Numbered from the whole stretch's first letter, positions 1-13,130 are shown. The stretch is 63,845 bases of DNA, filler included, from Octopus bimaculoides (GCF_001194135.2; 6 parts of 4 records of this genome joined end to end with filler, not necessarily neighbours in it); one strand, 5' to 3'. A program made the numbers and translations. Notes: a model not told the origin generated them from the letters alone.

Positions 1-21
1 TATATATATATATATATATAT

Positions 22-470
22 GATGGTCGTCCACTCGTAACCGAGGAAGATCATTGCTGACCTTTAGGAACATTGTGCACTCTAGGACTAACTTAGATTT
101 TCCATTTGCAGCTCCGTTGGTGGCTAAAGAGTGCTACTCTTGACAAGCATACACAACTGCAAACATTGCAAACCAAGCTTTCCCCATTCACTACGCTAGC
201 AGTGCGTTTTCGAGCAGCACGCTTAAATTCTTCATGAAGAATACGTATTTTTCAGAGCTGTCGACCCCCTCCTTAACCTGCTTCCCCAACCTGTGGCGAC
301 GACAGTCGGTCTTCTGCATATCACAGGCCTTTAATGAGGACTTAAGACAGTCCTTAAATCGCAGCCTTGGTTTCTGCCGGAGTCTCTTTCTAGTAACAAC
401 TTTTCCATGTAGCATCTGTTATGTATCCTGCTATCTTCATTCTAATAAAGTGTCCAGTCCAACTTAACCG
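22..470 (-). mobile_element. RTE-clade LINE, decayed 3' end
   Basis: Minus frame reads KPRLRFKDCLKSSLKACDM...GKQVKEGV, matching the RTE C-terminal GRPRLRFKDxLK region; it ends in a (TA)n run. Confidence 0.75.
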
Positions 471-476
471 GTACTT

Positions 477-705
477 GTGCACCATCGCCTCAGTACTCAA
501 GATATCAGCTTCCCTCAAGACCTGTGTGTCTGGAGTTTTAAAAGTCCAGCAAACATTCAGAATGTGTCTCAGACATCTCTGATGGAAGCGTTCAAGGTTC
601 TGATAAATCTTCTTCTTACCCGCCTGAATGGGTGTCTCGTAAATGATGTCCTATCTGAATTTCAATGTGGCTTCCGTTCTGGTAGAGGGACACTCATACA
701 GTGGT
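477..705 (+). mobile_element. RTE-clade RT N-terminal fragment, inverted relative to the adjacent 3' piece
   Basis: Plus frame LLTRLNGCLVNDVLSEFQCGFRSGRGT matches the xLPESQCGFRxGRGT motif of non-LTR RTs. Confidence 0.7.
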
Positions 706-1198
706 TACAATACATGAATAACATTCAAAAAGAAAACAAAACCGAAACAACAAAGTAAGTATCATCATAGGTTTTGAAGCCAGAGGAAAAGATAACTGGT
801 TTATGGAAGACCATCAGTCAAGTAATGGTGCTTATTGCATGTAAACAAACAAATCATTATGCGTCCCACAAACAGAAAGTTAAGGCGATAGAAATGATGT
901 TCGGGGATAGGATAAAGAGGATACTCACTTGCAAACTGATTGCTCGCAAGCAGGAGCTAAAAACTGTCAGTGAAAAACTCCGACGTCAGAAGAGAATAAC
1001 ATAAAGCAAAACATGCAAATCTTCATATGTGCATACATACATACATACATACATATATACATATACACAGAAGTTGTTCGGGCTAAACATGACGATTTTT
1101 ATAATCTCCTTATTTGTCAGGATTAACTTGATGTATTGGTAAACAATCAATGGCGTTATAGAGTGTAAAGATTGCATCACGATTGTGTTTACTGCCTA

Positions 1199-1243
1199 TG
1201 TATGTATGTATGTATGTATGTATGTATGTATGTATGCATGTGT

Positions 1244-1320
<77 letters not shown>
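1199..1320. repeat. Compound (TATG)n-(TG)n microsatellite
   Basis: Direct reading. Confidence 0.95.
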
Positions 1321-1737
1321 TCTGTGTGTAGGCGGAGACGTGGAAATGCTTGGGTTGGTGTCCAGGCGTGGGGTTGGCCCACTGGGAGTGGGAAGCCCCT
1401 CTGTTGTTGTTATAACATCTCTTTAGGAGAGGGAAATTCTGAGAAAAAAACTGCGACACTGACAATATTCGATGATGTAGACTAGTTCCTCTTCTATATT
1501 GTCTATGTCCAGAGTGTGAGGGTGGATTTGTGTAAATCCTTTCCCTACTACAAACAATTCATCATGCACAGGCATCGCTTGAAATAAAATAAAACCTATC
1601 ACAAAAAAGGCTGGTCGTAGCCTTCGCATGTGTGGGATTTTCGATCAGGCGATAGCAATACACAAGCCTGCAGCCATCATGTATGCATGTATGTATGTAC
1701 GTTCATATGTATGTTTGCATATATGTATGTATGTATC

Positions 1738-2120
1738 GGAGGCGCAATGGTCCAGTGGTTAGGGCAGCGGACTCGCGGTCATAGGATCGCGGTTTCGATT
1801 CCCAGACCGAGCGTTGTGAGTGTTTATTGAGCAAAAGCACCTAAAGCTCCACGAGGCTCCGGCGGGGGATGGTGGCGAACCCTGCTGTACTCTTCCACCA
1901 CAACTTTCTCTCACTCTTTCTTACTATTTCTGTTGTACCTGTATTTCAAAGGGCCAGTGTTGTCACACTGTGTCACGCTGAATATCCCCGAGAACTACGT
2001 TAAGGTTACACGTGTCTGTGGAGTGCTCACCCACTTGCACGTTAATTTCACGAGCAGGCTATTCCGTTGATTGGATCAACTGGAACCCTTGACGTCGTAA
2101 GCGACGGAGTGCCAACAACA
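1738..2120 (+). mobile_element. tRNA-derived SINE, family A, apparently full length
   Basis: Head has A-box-like TGGTCCAGTGG and B-box-like GGTTTCGATTCC; tail ends GACGGAGTGCCAACAACA; embedded in (TATG)n; related sequence at 46690-46960 (-) and 60586-60625. Confidence 0.8.
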
Positions 2121-3415
2121 TGTATGTATGTATGTATGTATGTATGTATGTATGTATGTATGTATTATAAGAAATGAAAGATAAGGCTTAAGGTACACAT
2201 ATTAGTATAACAAGTTCAGTATCGTTTACGGTCGTTTCAATATCATTCCCCTTCGATCTAAATTACATATGAACAATTGTGAGTGATAAATTACACACGG
2301 CTTGTAAAAATTTACGCTTGACTGAAATAGAGGTGAATGACATTTCCCTATATTTCTGACGCATGTCTCATTTAGCTATCACACATATGTAACACTCATG
2401 ATTATGCGTAATCTGGTTCGAAGCGGAACGATAAAGATTATATCAAACTTATATCATACTGACATTTTCATTCTAGTCGTATATATATAGCCAAAACAAT
2501 TCCAGTTATAAGAAGTAATATAAGTCGTTGTCCTTTTGGTACTTTTAACTTGTATTTTGATATTTCGCGGTTGGGACTCCGAAATATCCCAATATAGATG
2601 AATTCTAGGCAAATATTTGTCTATTTAATTCCTAAATAGTAGGCATGATGAAAGAAAATTCATCGACAAAGTCTTAGAGTATTAGAATTCTAAGTGACAC
2701 GTGAAGGATATCAGCAATTTATGATTATTATATATTCATTCAGCATGACATATGAATGAAAGACCTAATTAGCTATCTCTCACCAATTTCTAATGTCTCA
2801 TTAATGATTAAAAGGAGCTATTAAAGGGGCATTGCACACACAAACACACACGTAGTTCATTGTTCTAACGTCCTGTACCCTGATATGCATCTATATACAC
2901 ATGTAGATGAAAGTATATACATATATATGTGTGTATACATCCATATATATTTTTTGTATCATATATATATATATATACATACACAACTACATACATCCAC
3001 ACAGACATCCAAAGGCTGCTCATTTGAGTGCGTATAAATGTTGCGTTGATTGCATTCGTGGATATGCATGCTGCCTGGATGTGTATATATGAATATTCGT
3101 ATAGTTATAAACATTTTTATTCTTATGTTGGTTCATTATCTACCAAGTATAACATGCTCAGTAAGCTACACATATTTGAGAATCGATACCATTTAACCTC
3201 ATCGCAATCGATACTATTTAAGCTCGACACAAATACGAACTTTACACTTCGAACTACGCCTCATTGTACATATGCATGCACTCAAACATTAGCATCGTGA
3301 GCGCCATACAATCACACTTTCCCTCACCCGCTAGTCTTCTCCCCTCCGTTTTCACTCACTCTTCATTCTTTCTACCTCCTTTTATACTTTTCCTCCTCCT
3401 CCTCACTTTACTCAC

Positions 3416-3418
<3 letters not shown>

Positions 3419-3482
<64 letters not shown>
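3419..3482. repeat. (CT)n microsatellite
   Basis: Direct reading. Confidence 0.95.
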
Positions 3483-3484
<2 letters not shown>

Positions 3485-3789
3485 GTATATATATATGTAT
3501 AGGAGAAAAAAGAACAATTCAAACTTTTTGGAGAATCCAAAAAGGCAGAAAAGGTAATTTCTAAAGGTAATTTCTATTTATGAAAATCAGCCAAAACAGG
3601 TAGTAAGAATATGGAAATAATATTCGAGGAGATTCGTTATAGGTATAAGAATATACCATAAATAAGTATTAAAAAATGGAGAAAAGATGTTGAAACAGAA
3701 ATAGATTTATAAAACTGGATTCAATGCATACGTACGTTTCGAAAAACAATGCAAAAATGTAAGAAAAAATTTAAATCATAGTGATTATA

Positions 3790-5285
3790 ATTATAATTCA
3801 AAGTAAAAAAGTTATCTATGACGCTCCTCTTGTTTAGATCTTTCTTTAACAGAATCGGTGATACTCCCGTTTTGGTGCCAGTTGCTTCAGACAGCTGCCA
3901 AGACGTCTCCAAACAAGTCTGGCATATGACAATAAAGTTTGTAGGGCAGACCATCTAAGCCTGCGACTTGTTTCCCGCGCAGCCTGCCATCGCATCCGGT
4001 ACGTCCGCGGATGTGACGGGCCTTTCACAACACGCAGCCGCTCTTGCCGAGAGTCGTGGCAGGCTATGCCGGTAGGCACTAAGTCCACTCTCCGTTCTGA
4101 CCTAGCAGTTGTCCCGAATAGTCGGGCAAAGTGTTAGTGAAAGGCCTCACACATCCTTTCGCTGCCCTGTTCATCTGTCAGAGACTTGATGATGGTTTTG
4201 CTGCATCGTTGCGTCTCCGCCACTCGGGCCTCTCGGGTGGCTCAGCCCCTTCGTTCCTCAATGCACGAATCCTAGCTCTGACAATGCATCCTTCGTGTTT
4301 GGCGATGAAGTGTTGGTCGAGGGCCAGCCTCGCCGCCAGCACGTTGGACGCGATGTCAGTTCTAAGTGCCTCTTCTAATTTCTTAACTAGGTCTCCCTCT
4401 ATTCGATTTCGGTCTAATGCTAAGGCCTTACTATACCTAAGTGATTCTGCTTTAATTGCTTTCTTTAGGGCATGCCACCATCTATAGTTGATGATGGTAC
4501 CCATCAAATCTCACTTAACTGAAATGCTAATCCCGAACTTGTAAGCCTGGAGTGCTTTGAACGAAGCATTCAGCTTCCAGTAACCGGGACCCTGCCTATG
4601 TGTCATATCGAAAGCAAGTGCACAAGTCACAAATTTGTGATCTGTGTAGCTGACTACATGGAATTATAGATAACCTACACTATCCTTATCCACTGTCCTA
4701 CAGAATACTCTATCTAAATATGATCTGGACGACCTGATGCGGTTTCTCCATGTCCACATTCGGATGGTCCAATTGGTTACTGTCAGACAGTTGGAAACGT
4801 CTGAGCAGGTCTCTGAGGCATTTAGATCCCCTCCTATTACTATCTCTGCACACGTAATCTAGATGTGTGTCCAAGGTAGCGTTCTAATCCCCCACTAAAT
4901 GTAAACCTCTAGACGTCGAAAGAAATCTGGCCGACTTGATAAGGACGGCGCAGAAACTGTTACCAGTCGAAAAGCACTCACATTACTGCCATCGACATCC
5001 AAGACGACCAGCCTACCTTCCGGGTCTAGAAAAATATCGAAAGTTGTGTTTTACACACGAGAGAAAGACGAAAGAGAGAGAGAGAGAGAGTCACATACTG
5101 TCCGAAATTTCTTTGTCCTTAACCTCATAGTCTTCTCTCAGAAGGTTTTATGTGAAGTTTTTCAGACAGTTATTCTTAGTGATTGTCCATAGGTCCCGGC
5201 CTTAAGTTGTCCTGAACAGGTGGATGAGGTGTTCCTCGTCAATGCCCAGATTCTGCCCGAGAACGTCGTCGCACCTCCCCCCCCC
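3790..5285 (-). mobile_element. Tx1-like (L1-clade) LINE: probable ORF1 end, APE endonuclease, linker and RT start, with stops and frameshifts
   Basis: Minus frames give DPEGRLVVLDV, GDLNA, WTW..SYLDRVF, YTDH and GPGYWKLNASF (endonuclease), then K-S-x-G-LDGLPY and LLKKD..IDNF (RT entry). Confidence 0.85.
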
Positions 5286-6270
5286 NNNNNNNNNNNNNNN
5301 NNNNNNNNNNNNNNNNNNNNNNNNNNNNNNNNNNNNNNNNNNNNNNNNNNNNNNNNNNNNNNNNNNNNNNNNNNNNNNNNNNNNNNNNNNNNNNNNNNNN
5401 NNNNNNNNNNNNNNNNNNNNNNNNNNNNNNNNNNNNNNNNNNNNNNNNNNNNNNNNNNNNNNNNNNNNNNNNNNNNNNNNNNNNNNNNNNNNNNNNNNNN
5501 NNNNNNNNNNNNNNNNNNNNNNNNNNNNNNNNNNNNNNNNNNNNNNNNNNNNNNNNNNNNNNNNNNNNNNNNNNNNNNNNNNNNNNNNNNNNNNNNNNNN
5601 NNNNNNNNNNNNNNNNNNNNNNNNNNNNNNNNNNNNNNNNNNNNNNNNNNNNNNNNNNNNNNNNNNNNNNNNNNNNNNNNNNNNNNNNNNNNNNNNNNNN
5701 NNNNNNNNNNNNNNNNNNNNNNNNNNNNNNNNNNNNNNNNNNNNNNNNNNNNNNNNNNNNNNNNNNNNNNNNNNNNNNNNNNNNNNNNNNNNNNNNNNNN
5801 NNNNNNNNNNNNNNNNNNNNNNNNNNNNNNNNNNNNNNNNNNNNNNNNNNNNNNNNNNNNNNNNNNNNNNNNNNNNNNNNNNNNNNNNNNNNNNNNNNNN
5901 NNNNNNNNNNNNNNNNNNNNNNNNNNNNNNNNNNNNNNNNNNNNNNNNNNNNNNNNNNNNNNNNNNNNNNNNNNNNNNNNNNNNNNNNNNNNNNNNNNNN
6001 NNNNNNNNNNNNNNNNNNNNNNNNNNNNNNNNNNNNNNNNNNNNNNNNNNNNNNNNNNNNNNNNNNNNNNNNNNNNNNNNNNNNNNNNNNNNNNNNNNNN
6101 NNNNNNNNNNNNNNNNNNNNNNNNNNNNNNNNNNNNNNNNNNNNNNNNNNNNNNNNNNNNNNNNNNNNNNNNNNNNNNNNNNNNNNNNNNNNNNNNNNNN
6201 NNNNNNNNNNNNNNNNNNNNNNNNNNNNNNNNNNNNNNNNNNNNNNNNNNNNNNNNNNNNNNNNNNNNNG

Positions 6271-6550
6271 CGTGATGTTAAATGGACTGGACAGATGACC
6301 ATTTACGCGAACTACCGAGCGGATACCGCTGTATAAGGCAGTGATTCAACTGCGGAAGACGAGACCGAAACCAGCCGCTCTAAGAACAACCTCCAAGTAG
6401 CGATGGTCGACCCTATCGAAAACTTTCGATTGATCCAAATTGATCAGTACCCCACCTATGCCAGGTTCCTTAACTACCCTGTCTATGATGTAGCACATCA
6501 GATGGAGGTTATCATACATACTCCTGCCCGACACGGCGCATGTTTGTACA
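6271..6550 (-). mobile_element. Tx1-like RT fragment (domains 2-3)
   Basis: VQTCAVSGRSMYDNLHL..LINLDQSKVFDRVDHRYL..GFG..RS*ITALYSGIRSVVRVNGHLS; it runs into the N gap. Confidence 0.9.
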
Positions 6551-6559
6551 GTTTTTTAA

Positions 6560-7880
6560 ACGGGTATTTTTGAAATCTCCCTACTGCATCCGGGTAGTGA
6601 CATTTTAGTGTGCTGTGTGTGCTCTATGTTATATGTATGATTTTAATGTGTTGTGGTAGTGTTGTGCGTGGGTGATTGTTTTGGTATCATTTTCTGTTAT
6701 GTTGGTGTTTGACCTAATGTATTCCATTAGGTCTGGATTGTTAGTGTTTATTGCTGCTAACATTGTTGTGGGGTTTGGTGCTAGTGTGTTTGTGGTGATG
6801 CTTTTGTTTCTTGCGGGTGTTTTTGTTTCGGGAGTCGTAAACCTACCTGCTTTGTTTGTCAGCTTCTCTATTCTTTTCCCCCTTTTCTCCTTCCCCTTTG
6901 TGTCGTCTTCATCTGATGACATATCGGAGGAATCAGAAGGTGGGAGGGGAAGGGTATTGGGTCTATTTCTGAGTATGTTGATGTTGTTGTTGGTGTTGTT
7001 GCTGGTTTGTGACAATTGGGATGTGGCGTATGGGTTTTGTGGGGTGGGGGATGAGTCTTTTTGGTTTTCTCTTCTTCCTTTGGGGTTGTTCGTGGTGGGG
7101 GTGATGATGGTGTTGTTTCTGTTCTTGGTGATGCTGATGGTGGTGACGTTGGTTGGGCTAGCTTGTTGGTTGCTGATGTTCGTTCATTTGTTTGTAGAAC
7201 TGTTTAATTAGTTGTGCATATGGTGGTGTGAGTAGCAGTGCTGGTTTTTTGCTCGGTCTTTGGTTTCCTTGTGGTTGTTGTTGTTATTTTTCATGATCTT
7301 GTTGTTGTCGTTGTTGTTGCTGTTATTGTTTCTGTGCTAGTGGGCAATTAATTTTTATGTGTGATTTGCTACCACAAACGTAGCAACGTGGCTTTCTGCC
7401 TTCGACAGCCACATGCAAGCGTCTGTCAATTTGATGTGATGTGGAAGTATTTCGGAATTCATTGGATCAATTTGAGCAAGGATTTCAACTCCTTGGCCAA
7501 TCCAGTTTTACTGGTCCAGGACAGCAATTTCCAAGATATGAACTTCGTCCTCGAAGTCATAACAAATAGCAGACACAAGGGATCATCAGTAAATTTTCAA
7601 ATTCAAAGGACTTTGTGGAAAGGTCTTTGGCTCTTTCTTCCCTGTTGAATCTAACTTCGATCGTGGCAAATCTGTTTCCCCTCGTGATGTAGTCTCTAAA
7701 GGCCCATATGAGCCTTAAACATTTTTCTACATTTTCTTGAGTGGCCCTTTCTTATAGCTTTGTTTTTCGGTTGAGTATTTTCTGAATAATTGGGGGTTTT
7801 TTTGCCATTTTTTCTGTGATGTTTTGTGGTGTCTGTAGTTGTATGTTGAGTTCGGTTTTTTAAACATTGCTTTGCAGGCA
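6560..7880 (-). mobile_element. Tx1-like ORF1 (gag-like) remnant with CCHC zinc knuckle and low-complexity linker
   Basis: Minus frame near 7343-7420 reads VAVEGRKPRCYVCGSKSHIKINCP (CX2CX4HX4C); upstream YITRGNRFATIEVRF; downstream A/C-rich linker. Confidence 0.75.
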
Positions 7881-8004
7881 AGCAGTTCTTCCTTCGAAAA
7901 GCACAGGATTTTTTTCTTTTTTTAGCTTTAAAGTTGCGGCAAAATTGTTTTGAGTATTCGTGTTGGTTGTGGTGGTGATGGCTGTAGTGGTGATAGCAGT
8001 GGTG

Positions 8005-8005
8005 A

Positions 8006-8065
<60 letters not shown>

Positions 8066-8066
8066 T

Positions 8067-8105
<39 letters not shown>
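8005..8105. repeat. (GACA)n-(GATA)n microsatellite
   Basis: Direct reading. Confidence 0.95.
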
Positions 8106-8107
<2 letters not shown>

Positions 8108-8109
8108 CA

Positions 8110-8290
8110 TATTTCAGTCAGTCTACTGCTTTAAGGAATTTTTAGTCGAATGAATCGACCCCAGGACTTATTTTCTATTTTTTTAAGCCTTGTACTTATT
8201 CTATCGGTTTATTTTCCCCATCCGCGAAATTACGGGAACGTAAATACGCCAACACCTGTTGTCAGCGGTAATGGAAAACAAACACACACA
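8110..8290 (-). mobile_element. SINE family B, 3' part
   Basis: GTCGAATGAATCGACCCCAGGACTTATT..GTACTTATTCTATCGG matches the copy at 11345-11727. Confidence 0.7.
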
Positions 8291-8310
8291 TATATGTATA
8301 TATAAATATA

Positions 8311-8375
<65 letters not shown>

Positions 8376-8852
8376 NNNNNNNNNNNNNNNNNNNNNNNNN
8401 NNNNNNNNNNNNNNNNNNNNNNNNNNNNNNNNNNNNNNNNNNNNNNNNNNNNNNNNNNNNNNNNNNNNNNNNNNNNNNNNNNNNNNNNNNNNNNNNNNNN
8501 NNNNNNNNNNNNNNNNNNNNNNNNNNNNNNNNNNNNNNNNNNNNNNNNNNNNNNNNNNNNNNNNNNNNNNNNNNNNNNNNNNNNNNNNNNNNNNNNNNNN
8601 NNNNNNNNNNNNNNNNNNNNNNNNNNNNNNNNNNNNNNNNNNNNNNNNNNNNNNNNNNNNNNNNNNNNNNNNNNNNNNNNNNNNNNNNNNNNNNNNNNNN
8701 NNNNNNNNNNNNNNNNNNNNNNNNNNNNNNNNNNNNNNNNNNNNNNNNNNNNNNNNNNNNNNNNNNNNNNNNNNNNNNNNNNNNNNNNNNNNNNNNNNNN
8801 NNNNNNNNNNTTTATATAGCTTCTAAGTTTAAAAGATATATATATATATATA

Positions 8853-8946
8853 TCGCCATCCGCTTTAGAGAAAAATTTGTAGTTTGGAATCAGTAGTTCT
8901 TTGACTGCTATTTCTAAATTTTCAGTATGTTGGAGAAGCAACTCAA
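8853..8946. repeat. Dispersed ~95-bp repeat; inverted copy at 58773-58866
   Basis: The reverse complement of AGTTTGGAATCAGTAGTTCTTTGACTGCTATTTCT..AGTATGTTGGAGAAGCA is present at 58773-58866. Confidence 0.8.
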
Positions 8947-9572
8947 TTGCTAATCCCTGTATATTTATGATGATAAATAGTTTTACCGATAAAGGTTTTT
9001 TTCATACTGAACTACTTGGCAAAATTGTTAATTGTTAATTCTATTATTAATTGACGATTCTCTGCCCTTATTCTTGTATATATATATATGAATAGAAAGA
9101 AGAAAAAAACATAAGAAAGAAGACAGTATACAAATAAAGTAGAAAAATTATATTAAACAGCAGGTTTATTTCAAAGAAAATGTAAATATTTACATATTTT
9201 CTCATTGTTGGTTGAGGGTTCTAAAATATTTTGAGTCATGTGATCTCAATTTTCCTTTTCAAGATTGTATTCCTGAGTATTTCTTTACAAAACTTTGAAA
9301 CATTTTTAAATACTTCCCTGTTGGATGTACAAACCTTGTTTAACCGCAATCAAACTTTTGTAATTACAATTTTGTGTTCTGCCGTTCTTATAAAGCATAT
9401 TTCTTTTCTTTACGAGCCCTTTGAGGAATACTTATGCAGCCTGTCATATCTTAATCTTCTGGTTAATTAAATTCTCTTTTCCGAGAAAGCCTTATCAGTT
9501 TTTGATCTCTACCGGTGATCTTTGAAGCCTTCAGCTATCTCTATGTTCGTGCTTCAGCACTTGATTTACAAG

Positions 9573-9645
<73 letters not shown>

Positions 9646-9944
9646 GGACAGGCACACAGAAGAGTTAGACAGGCAGACAGACAGACAGCTACATAGCCAT
9701 ATAGATAAATATATGTAATGATAAGGAAGAATTTTGAAGTACTTAACCCAAATAACTATCAAAATGCAAGTGACAATAATCCAAATTTAAAGCTAGCAGC
9801 ATGTAACCAGTGTGAAAGTAGGACAATATAAGACAATTAGTGAGGAATAAGTGCAGTAAACAAAAGCTGACCGAAAATAAACAAAGAAATGACAGTGAAG
9901 CAACTGCCTCTTAGAAGATGAGCGTATATTTTTTTTCTACTCTA

Positions 9945-10075
9945 GGTAGGCACAAGGCCCGAAATTTGGTGGGAGGAGGCCAGTCGATTAAATCGACCCC
10001 AGTACGTATCTGGTACTTAATTTATCGACCCCCTCAGAACGTAAAGACAAACGAAATACCATAAAGACAGACGAA
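9945..10075 (-). mobile_element. SINE family C, partial
   Basis: GGCACAAGGCCCGAAATT..TCGACCCCAGTAC..GGTACTTAATTTATCGACCCC shared with other family C copies. Confidence 0.7.
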
Positions 10076-10673
10076 ATACAAGATGAGCGTATATCAATAT
10101 GACACGACATAAATTTTGCTGTTTGGCACCAGCTCAACATTATCAAGTTGGTCGAAGAAATTCCAGCTATGATCATCCCCTTTTCTTTTTCTTTTTTCTT
10201 TTACCTTTTCAAACAGTTTTTCTTGAACTACAGTGTGTCCTTCATTTTTCTTGCAAAGCTCTAAGGTAGACTTAATAGCGTTAAAGCATATTTAGTCACT
10301 ATTTTAGCAGGTCGAAATGAAGCCCTATCGTTGATTCGACAACATGCTGAAGACGAACACAGCGTAAGGAAACATCGTACCTACAAACGAGAATTGTAAT
10401 TTAGTCACGAATGTCATTCTCCCAGTCTGTAAAATAGATATATGAACTATTTAAGGATTAATTTATTTAACCTCTATCATGAATATAAGTCAGTCATATT
10501 TATTCTTGATTTACTATCAGTTTTTCATGCCGTCTCTTTCACTTTATCGCTCTTAGTATCTCAAGCTTTTTCCTCTTTTCTTTATTCTCACTCACCTTAT
10601 CTCTCTCTTACTGTCTTTCTCTCTCTCTCTCTCTTTCTCCCTTTCATTCCCTCTTTATCCCTTTTTCTTTTTC

Positions 10674-10727
<54 letters not shown>

Positions 10728-11344
10728 ACCTTCCCTATGTCTGTGGTGTTTACCTCACCCTTAGTCTAAACGTACGTTCTCGGTTCCCCTCATTCTTACC
10801 ATACTATTTCTACTTCAATCCAAAATCTTGCTACTGTTTCTTGCTTTCCTTCTTCCTTCCTTTCATTCTTTCTTTCTTTCTCCTTAGCTTGCTTTCCTTT
10901 CTTCTTTCTTTTCTTCTCCCCTCTCTCCCTCTCTCTCTCCCTCTCTCTTTCTCTCTCTTCTGTCTCACACTCTCTTTCACTCTGTGTCTCTCTCCACTCT
11001 TCTCTCTCCCTTCACTCCTTACTCTCTCTCTTTCTCTCTGTCTCTCATAGGAAGATTATAACTGTGTAAGCTAGTACCAAATTTTCTTACGTAGTTAAAT
11101 CTACTTCCTCAAACGTTAAATATTGTATTCATTATGCAAAAACCTTTCTAAAGACAAACTCAACAGTGTATGTATGCAAAGCATCTCGTGTTACAGAAAG
11201 TCCTTTTACAGAATCTCGCACATACGGAAATTCTAAGATATGATCACTAATTTCTGGATACGTTCTATAATTTCGCACTCCAGAAATTTGGGTAAATAAT
11301 GGCAATTTTAAATGAAAGCAATGTTTCAATTGTCACCAGAACTT

Positions 11345-11727
11345 ACTCTTTTACTCTTTTACTTGTTTCAATCACTCGACTGCGGCCATGCTGGAGCACC
11401 GCCTTTAGTCGAGCAAATCGACCCCAGGACTTATTCTTTGGAAGCCTAGTACTTATTCTATCGTTCTCTTTTTGCCGAACCGCTAAGTTACGGAGACATA
11501 AACACACCAGCATCGCTTGTCAAGCGATGTTGGGGGGACAAACACAGACACAAACACACACACACATATATATATACATATACATATATACGACGGGCTT
11601 CTTTCAGTTTCCGTCTACCAAATCCACTCACAAGGCTTTGATCGGCCCGAGGCAATAGTAGAAGATACTTGCCGAAGGTGCCACGCAGTGGGACTGAACC
11701 CGGAACCATGTGGTTGGTGAGCAAGCT
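11345..11727 (-). mobile_element. SINE family B with internal microsatellite
   Basis: Core GTGGCACC..CAAGTGTCTTCTACTAT..GCCTTGTGAGTGGATTTGGTAGACGGAAACTGAAAGAAGCCCG, internal (TA)/(TG) run and TGAAACAAGTAAAAGAG tail; more than 10 copies in the window. Confidence 0.85.
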
Positions 11728-12699
11728 NNNNNNNNNNNNNNNNNNNNNNNNNNNNNNNNNNNNNNNNNNNNNNNNNNNNNNNNNNNNNNNNNNNNNNNNN
11801 NNNNNNNNNNNNNNNNNNNNNNNNNNNNNNNNNNNNNNNNNNNNNNNNNNNNNNNNNNNNNNNNNNNNNNNNNNNNNNNNNNNNNNNNNNNNNNNNNNNN
11901 NNNNNNNNNNNNNNNNNNNNNNNNNNNNNNNNNNNNNNNNNNNNNNNNNNNNNNNNNNNNNNNNNNNNNNNNNNNNNNNNNNNNNNNNNNNNNNNNNNNN
12001 NNNNNNNNNNNNNNNNNNNNNNNNNNNNNNNNNNNNNTTTTCCTTGGCTTCCTATTTCTGGAGGATTTTTTGCTTGTTACTGCTTCTGTTGAATTTAACT
12101 CTTGATGCATTGGAGACATTATATTATCCTTATTATATATGACAGTAAAAAAAATATCAACTGACAGTGAAGGCAGTATTACTGAAAGGGGTTTTTTTTC
12201 AAATAATTGCGCTGGGATTCAAACATGATGCTTTACAGAGGTTTGAAACGGGGAAAATACAGCCATATTGCAAAGTCTACAGTAGGAATAATACACGATA
12301 ATAAAGAAAAAGATAGGCCGTGTCCTCAGGAAACTACGACGTTAAATGCCCAAACATTGCTTTTCACACATTTGAGTATGTGGATTGACAGCTTTTGAGT
12401 GTGTGGATTGACGATTAAATTGGATATAATGTGCGAATAAATACGAAGTGTGTGTGTGTGGTGGAGGTGTGGTATGTGTGCGTGTGCGCGTATGTCTGTG
12501 GTGGAGGTGTGTGTGCGTGTAGGTGCGTGCGTGTAGGTGCGTGCGTGTAGGTTCGTGCGTGCGTGTCGGTGGGTGGGGGGAAGAGTTAATATGCATATCA
12601 ATTTTGAAATATAGAAATACCAGGTAAAGCTGTCAAACTCTTTTATGTTTATGACTTGCACTATTTTGCTTTTTTATAAAATATGATGAAAACATAGAT

Positions 12700-12730
12700 A
12701 GATTGATAGATAGATAGATAGATAGATAGG

Positions 12731-12770
<40 letters not shown>

Positions 12771-12953
12771 GGGACGGACGGACGGACGGACGGACGGACG
12801 GACGGACGGACGGACGGACGGACAGATGGGTGGATCGATGGATCGATGGATGGACGGATAGGTAGACAGACAGATATATAGATAGCTAGAGAGACAGACA
12901 GGCAGACAGACATGCAGACAGACAGAGAGACACAGACAGACAGACAGACAGAC

Positions 12954-13006
<53 letters not shown>

Positions 13007-13010
13007 TATG
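12700..13010. repeat. Compound tetranucleotide array (GATA)-(GACA)-(GGAC)-(GGAT)-(GACA)-(GATA)
   Basis: Direct reading. Confidence 0.95.
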
Positions 13011-13034
13011 CGTGTATGTGTGTGAGAGAGAGAA

Positions 13035-13130
13035 GGGGTGCATGGCCTAGTGGTAAGGGTATTGCACTCATGATTCCTGGACCGGGCAGTGCGTTGTGTT
13101 CCTGGGCACAACATTTCACCTCAGATCGCT
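13035..13130 (+). mobile_element. tRNA-headed SINE fragment, family D
   Basis: TGGCCTAGTGGTAAGGG..GATTCCTGGACCGGGCAGTGCGTTGTGTTC resembles 42405-42600 and 44840-45214. Confidence 0.6.

Noticed and set aside
774-1004. 76-aa ORF as a gene, and possible retroelement remnants at 9140-9530, 17100-17760 and 29560-29850
   Set aside because: Only faint similarity to retroelement proteins, too weak to name without a search.
1110-1485. ORFs rich in HT, CV, YI, LS or poly-T repeats (also 12633-13114, 52016-52595, 61610-62067, 63376-63705)
   Set aside because: They are translations of microsatellites with no domain content.
5202-6336. Long X-filled ORFs here and at all other gaps
   Set aside because: Artefacts of reading through N runs.
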